A DNA stretch of 64,000 nucleotides, taken from assembly GCA_965219575.1 (NCBI GenBank), contig OZ244779.1, positions 2,188,769 to 2,252,768 of the forward strand, in the 5' to 3' direction. This DNA is from Candidatus Oxydemutatoraceae bacterium (GTDB lineage Bacteria; Pseudomonadota; Gammaproteobacteria; Poriferisulfidales; Oxydemutatoraceae). Within the stretch, counting starts at the first letter, position 1, and each line of letters begins with the position of its first letter. Positions 62,587 to 64,000 of this stretch are shown here, one piece after another. Both the position numbers and the translations under genes were made by a program. Under the pieces are notes generated by a model. The model had not been told where the DNA came from. It made no database searches and saw only the letters and a list, made by a program, of their open reading frames with translations.

Positions 62587-63270
62587 GGCTGTTGAAAAAG
62601 TGTCGTTGTGTATGAACTCAACCGCTTGCGCCGGATGGTTTTGGTTTCTATAAATTGGATGAATAAATGTATAAATTGTACAGGTGCAACGAGTTACGGG
62701 TAGAACAGAGCCGCCGATTGAGCCAGTAGGTGAATCGGCGTGACATTGTGCAAGACCCCAGCGACCACCCCGTCAGGCTGCGCCTGCCACCCCTCCACAG
62801 GAGGGGAATGTACCGACATTATAATCGTGCAGATACGACGGGGCTGTTGAAAAAGTGCGGCATCGTACGAATCCAATCACTTGCGCCATTTGGTTTTGGT
62901 TTCCATAAATTGGATGGATGAATGTATAAATCGTGCAGACACAACGCGTTACGGGCGGACATGTTAGTCCGCCCCTACGGGTGGTTTGCAAATATTCACG
63001 GCGCAAGCGGTTACGGTTGCACGCTGAAGGTACTTTTTCAACAACCCCACGAAACAACCACCCCGTCAGGCTGAATAGAACCGCCGATTGAACCAGTAGG
63101 TCAGTCGGCGTGACTTTGTTCAGAACCTCAACATGACTGCTAAACGCATGCATTGCAAAATGCATAGGCCACCCCTCCACAGGAGGGGAATGTACCAACA
63201 TTATAATCATGCAGATATGAAACAACCACCTCGTCAGGCGAAACCTGCCACCTCTACAAGGAGAGGGACG
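62587..63270. repeat. Mosaic of family A elements (62587 partial; 62842-63046 complete) and family B hairpins
   Basis: Two GGCTGTTGAAAAAGT left ends, one right end and several ccaccctccacaggaggggaat-type units. Confidence 0.8.
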
Positions 63271-63272
63271 GT

Positions 63273-64000
63273 CTAGTTGAATATGTTGGTCTTGTTGAGT
63301 AGGAAGAGGGTGCCTTGGTAATCCATTATGACGCCGTCGGAGTTGATTTGGTGCACCGAGAGGTCGTCGCTGAGTCTTTGCCCTTCGCGTAGTGCGACAC
63401 CGTTAATGATGACTTTGCGGGCTTGCGGGCGTAGATCCGAATGGATATGTGCCGATAGTTGAATATTGGGGATACGTTGCCTTAACCCACTCGGTAGATT
63501 TTCGTAATCGACGATACCTACCGGCAGGGGTTCCCACTCGGGTGCGTCAACTGGATTTTGATATAGATTCGGCGATACCGGTGGTGTATAGGTCGGCGAT
63601 TGCGCGGCAAAATTATTATTCGGAGTTTGCGGTTGAGGTGGATAGTAAGCGGGTGTCGGGTTATTGGGAGCAACATAAGGTACGGCGGGCGGCACGGTGT
63701 TGGACGGCACTACAGCGGTGGGGACAACACTCGTTTGCGGTGGTGGCGAGGTTTGCATTACTTGCGGTTGCGATACCGCACCGTCAATCACCGGGGTCGT
63801 AATCACAACCGATTGTATCTTCTGGTCGGTAGGACTTTGTTCGGTTAGTGGTTTATAAAACCAGAATGCCGCAAAAATTGCCACCGAAACGATACCGGCG
63901 ATCGATAACATGGTTCCGAAACGCTGCCGGCGGTTATCCAGATTTTCAAAACTCTGCACCTGTATAGACGAAATTTCCGGCACCGAACCTAAGTTGCGCT
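63273..64000 (-). CDS. gspB: GspB/ExeB-like type II secretion accessory protein (5' end outside the window)
   Basis: The frame stays open to the window edge (..RNLGSVPEI). TM segment, Pro-rich linker, then C-terminal LP..LRQRIPNIQLSAHIHS..RKVIING..LREG. Confidence 0.85.
   Translation of the reverse strand, partial: RNLGSVPEISSIQVQSFENLDNRRQRFGTMLSIAGIVSVAIFAAFWFYKPLTEQSPTDQKIQSVVITTPVIDGAVSQPQVMQTSPPPQTSVVPTAVVPSNTVPPAVPYVAPNNPTPAYYPPQPQTPNNNFAAQSPTYTPPVSPNLYQNPVDAPEWEPLPVGIVDYENLPSGLRQRIPNIQLSAHIHSDLRPQARKVIINGVALREGQRLSDDLSVHQINSDGVIMDYQGTLFLLNKTNIFN

Overview
A 64-kb stretch of a gammaproteobacterial chromosome. The housekeeping backbone includes proS, ychF-pth-rplY, pnp-rpsO, folE, mlaA, argG, pyrC, rnt, lptCAB, secG-tpiA-glmM-ftsH, tupABC, zapA with 6S RNA, pepP-ubiH-ubiI, tpx, tRNA-Met and tRNA-Leu. 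Canonical gene order is broken at several junctions, and the intergenic DNA carries many modular MITE/REP-like repeats. The main observation is two paralogous two-gene loci (14.3-29.0 kb and 52.8-58.2 kb). Each pairs a small secreted dockerin-like 'adaptor' with a large secreted Ig-repeat protein. The adaptors resemble a C-terminal domain I recall from Bacteroidota proteins but lack its first beta-strand (KVFLEGP). That strand forms the extreme C-terminus of the 4598-aa cadherin-like giant. The second large protein instead ends in a GlyGly-CTERM anchor, next to a rhombosortase and near gspE/gspB. This suggests a split-domain (strand-complementation) plus cohesin-dockerin surface assembly exported by T2SS. 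All family assignments come from motif recognition by eye; no searches were run.
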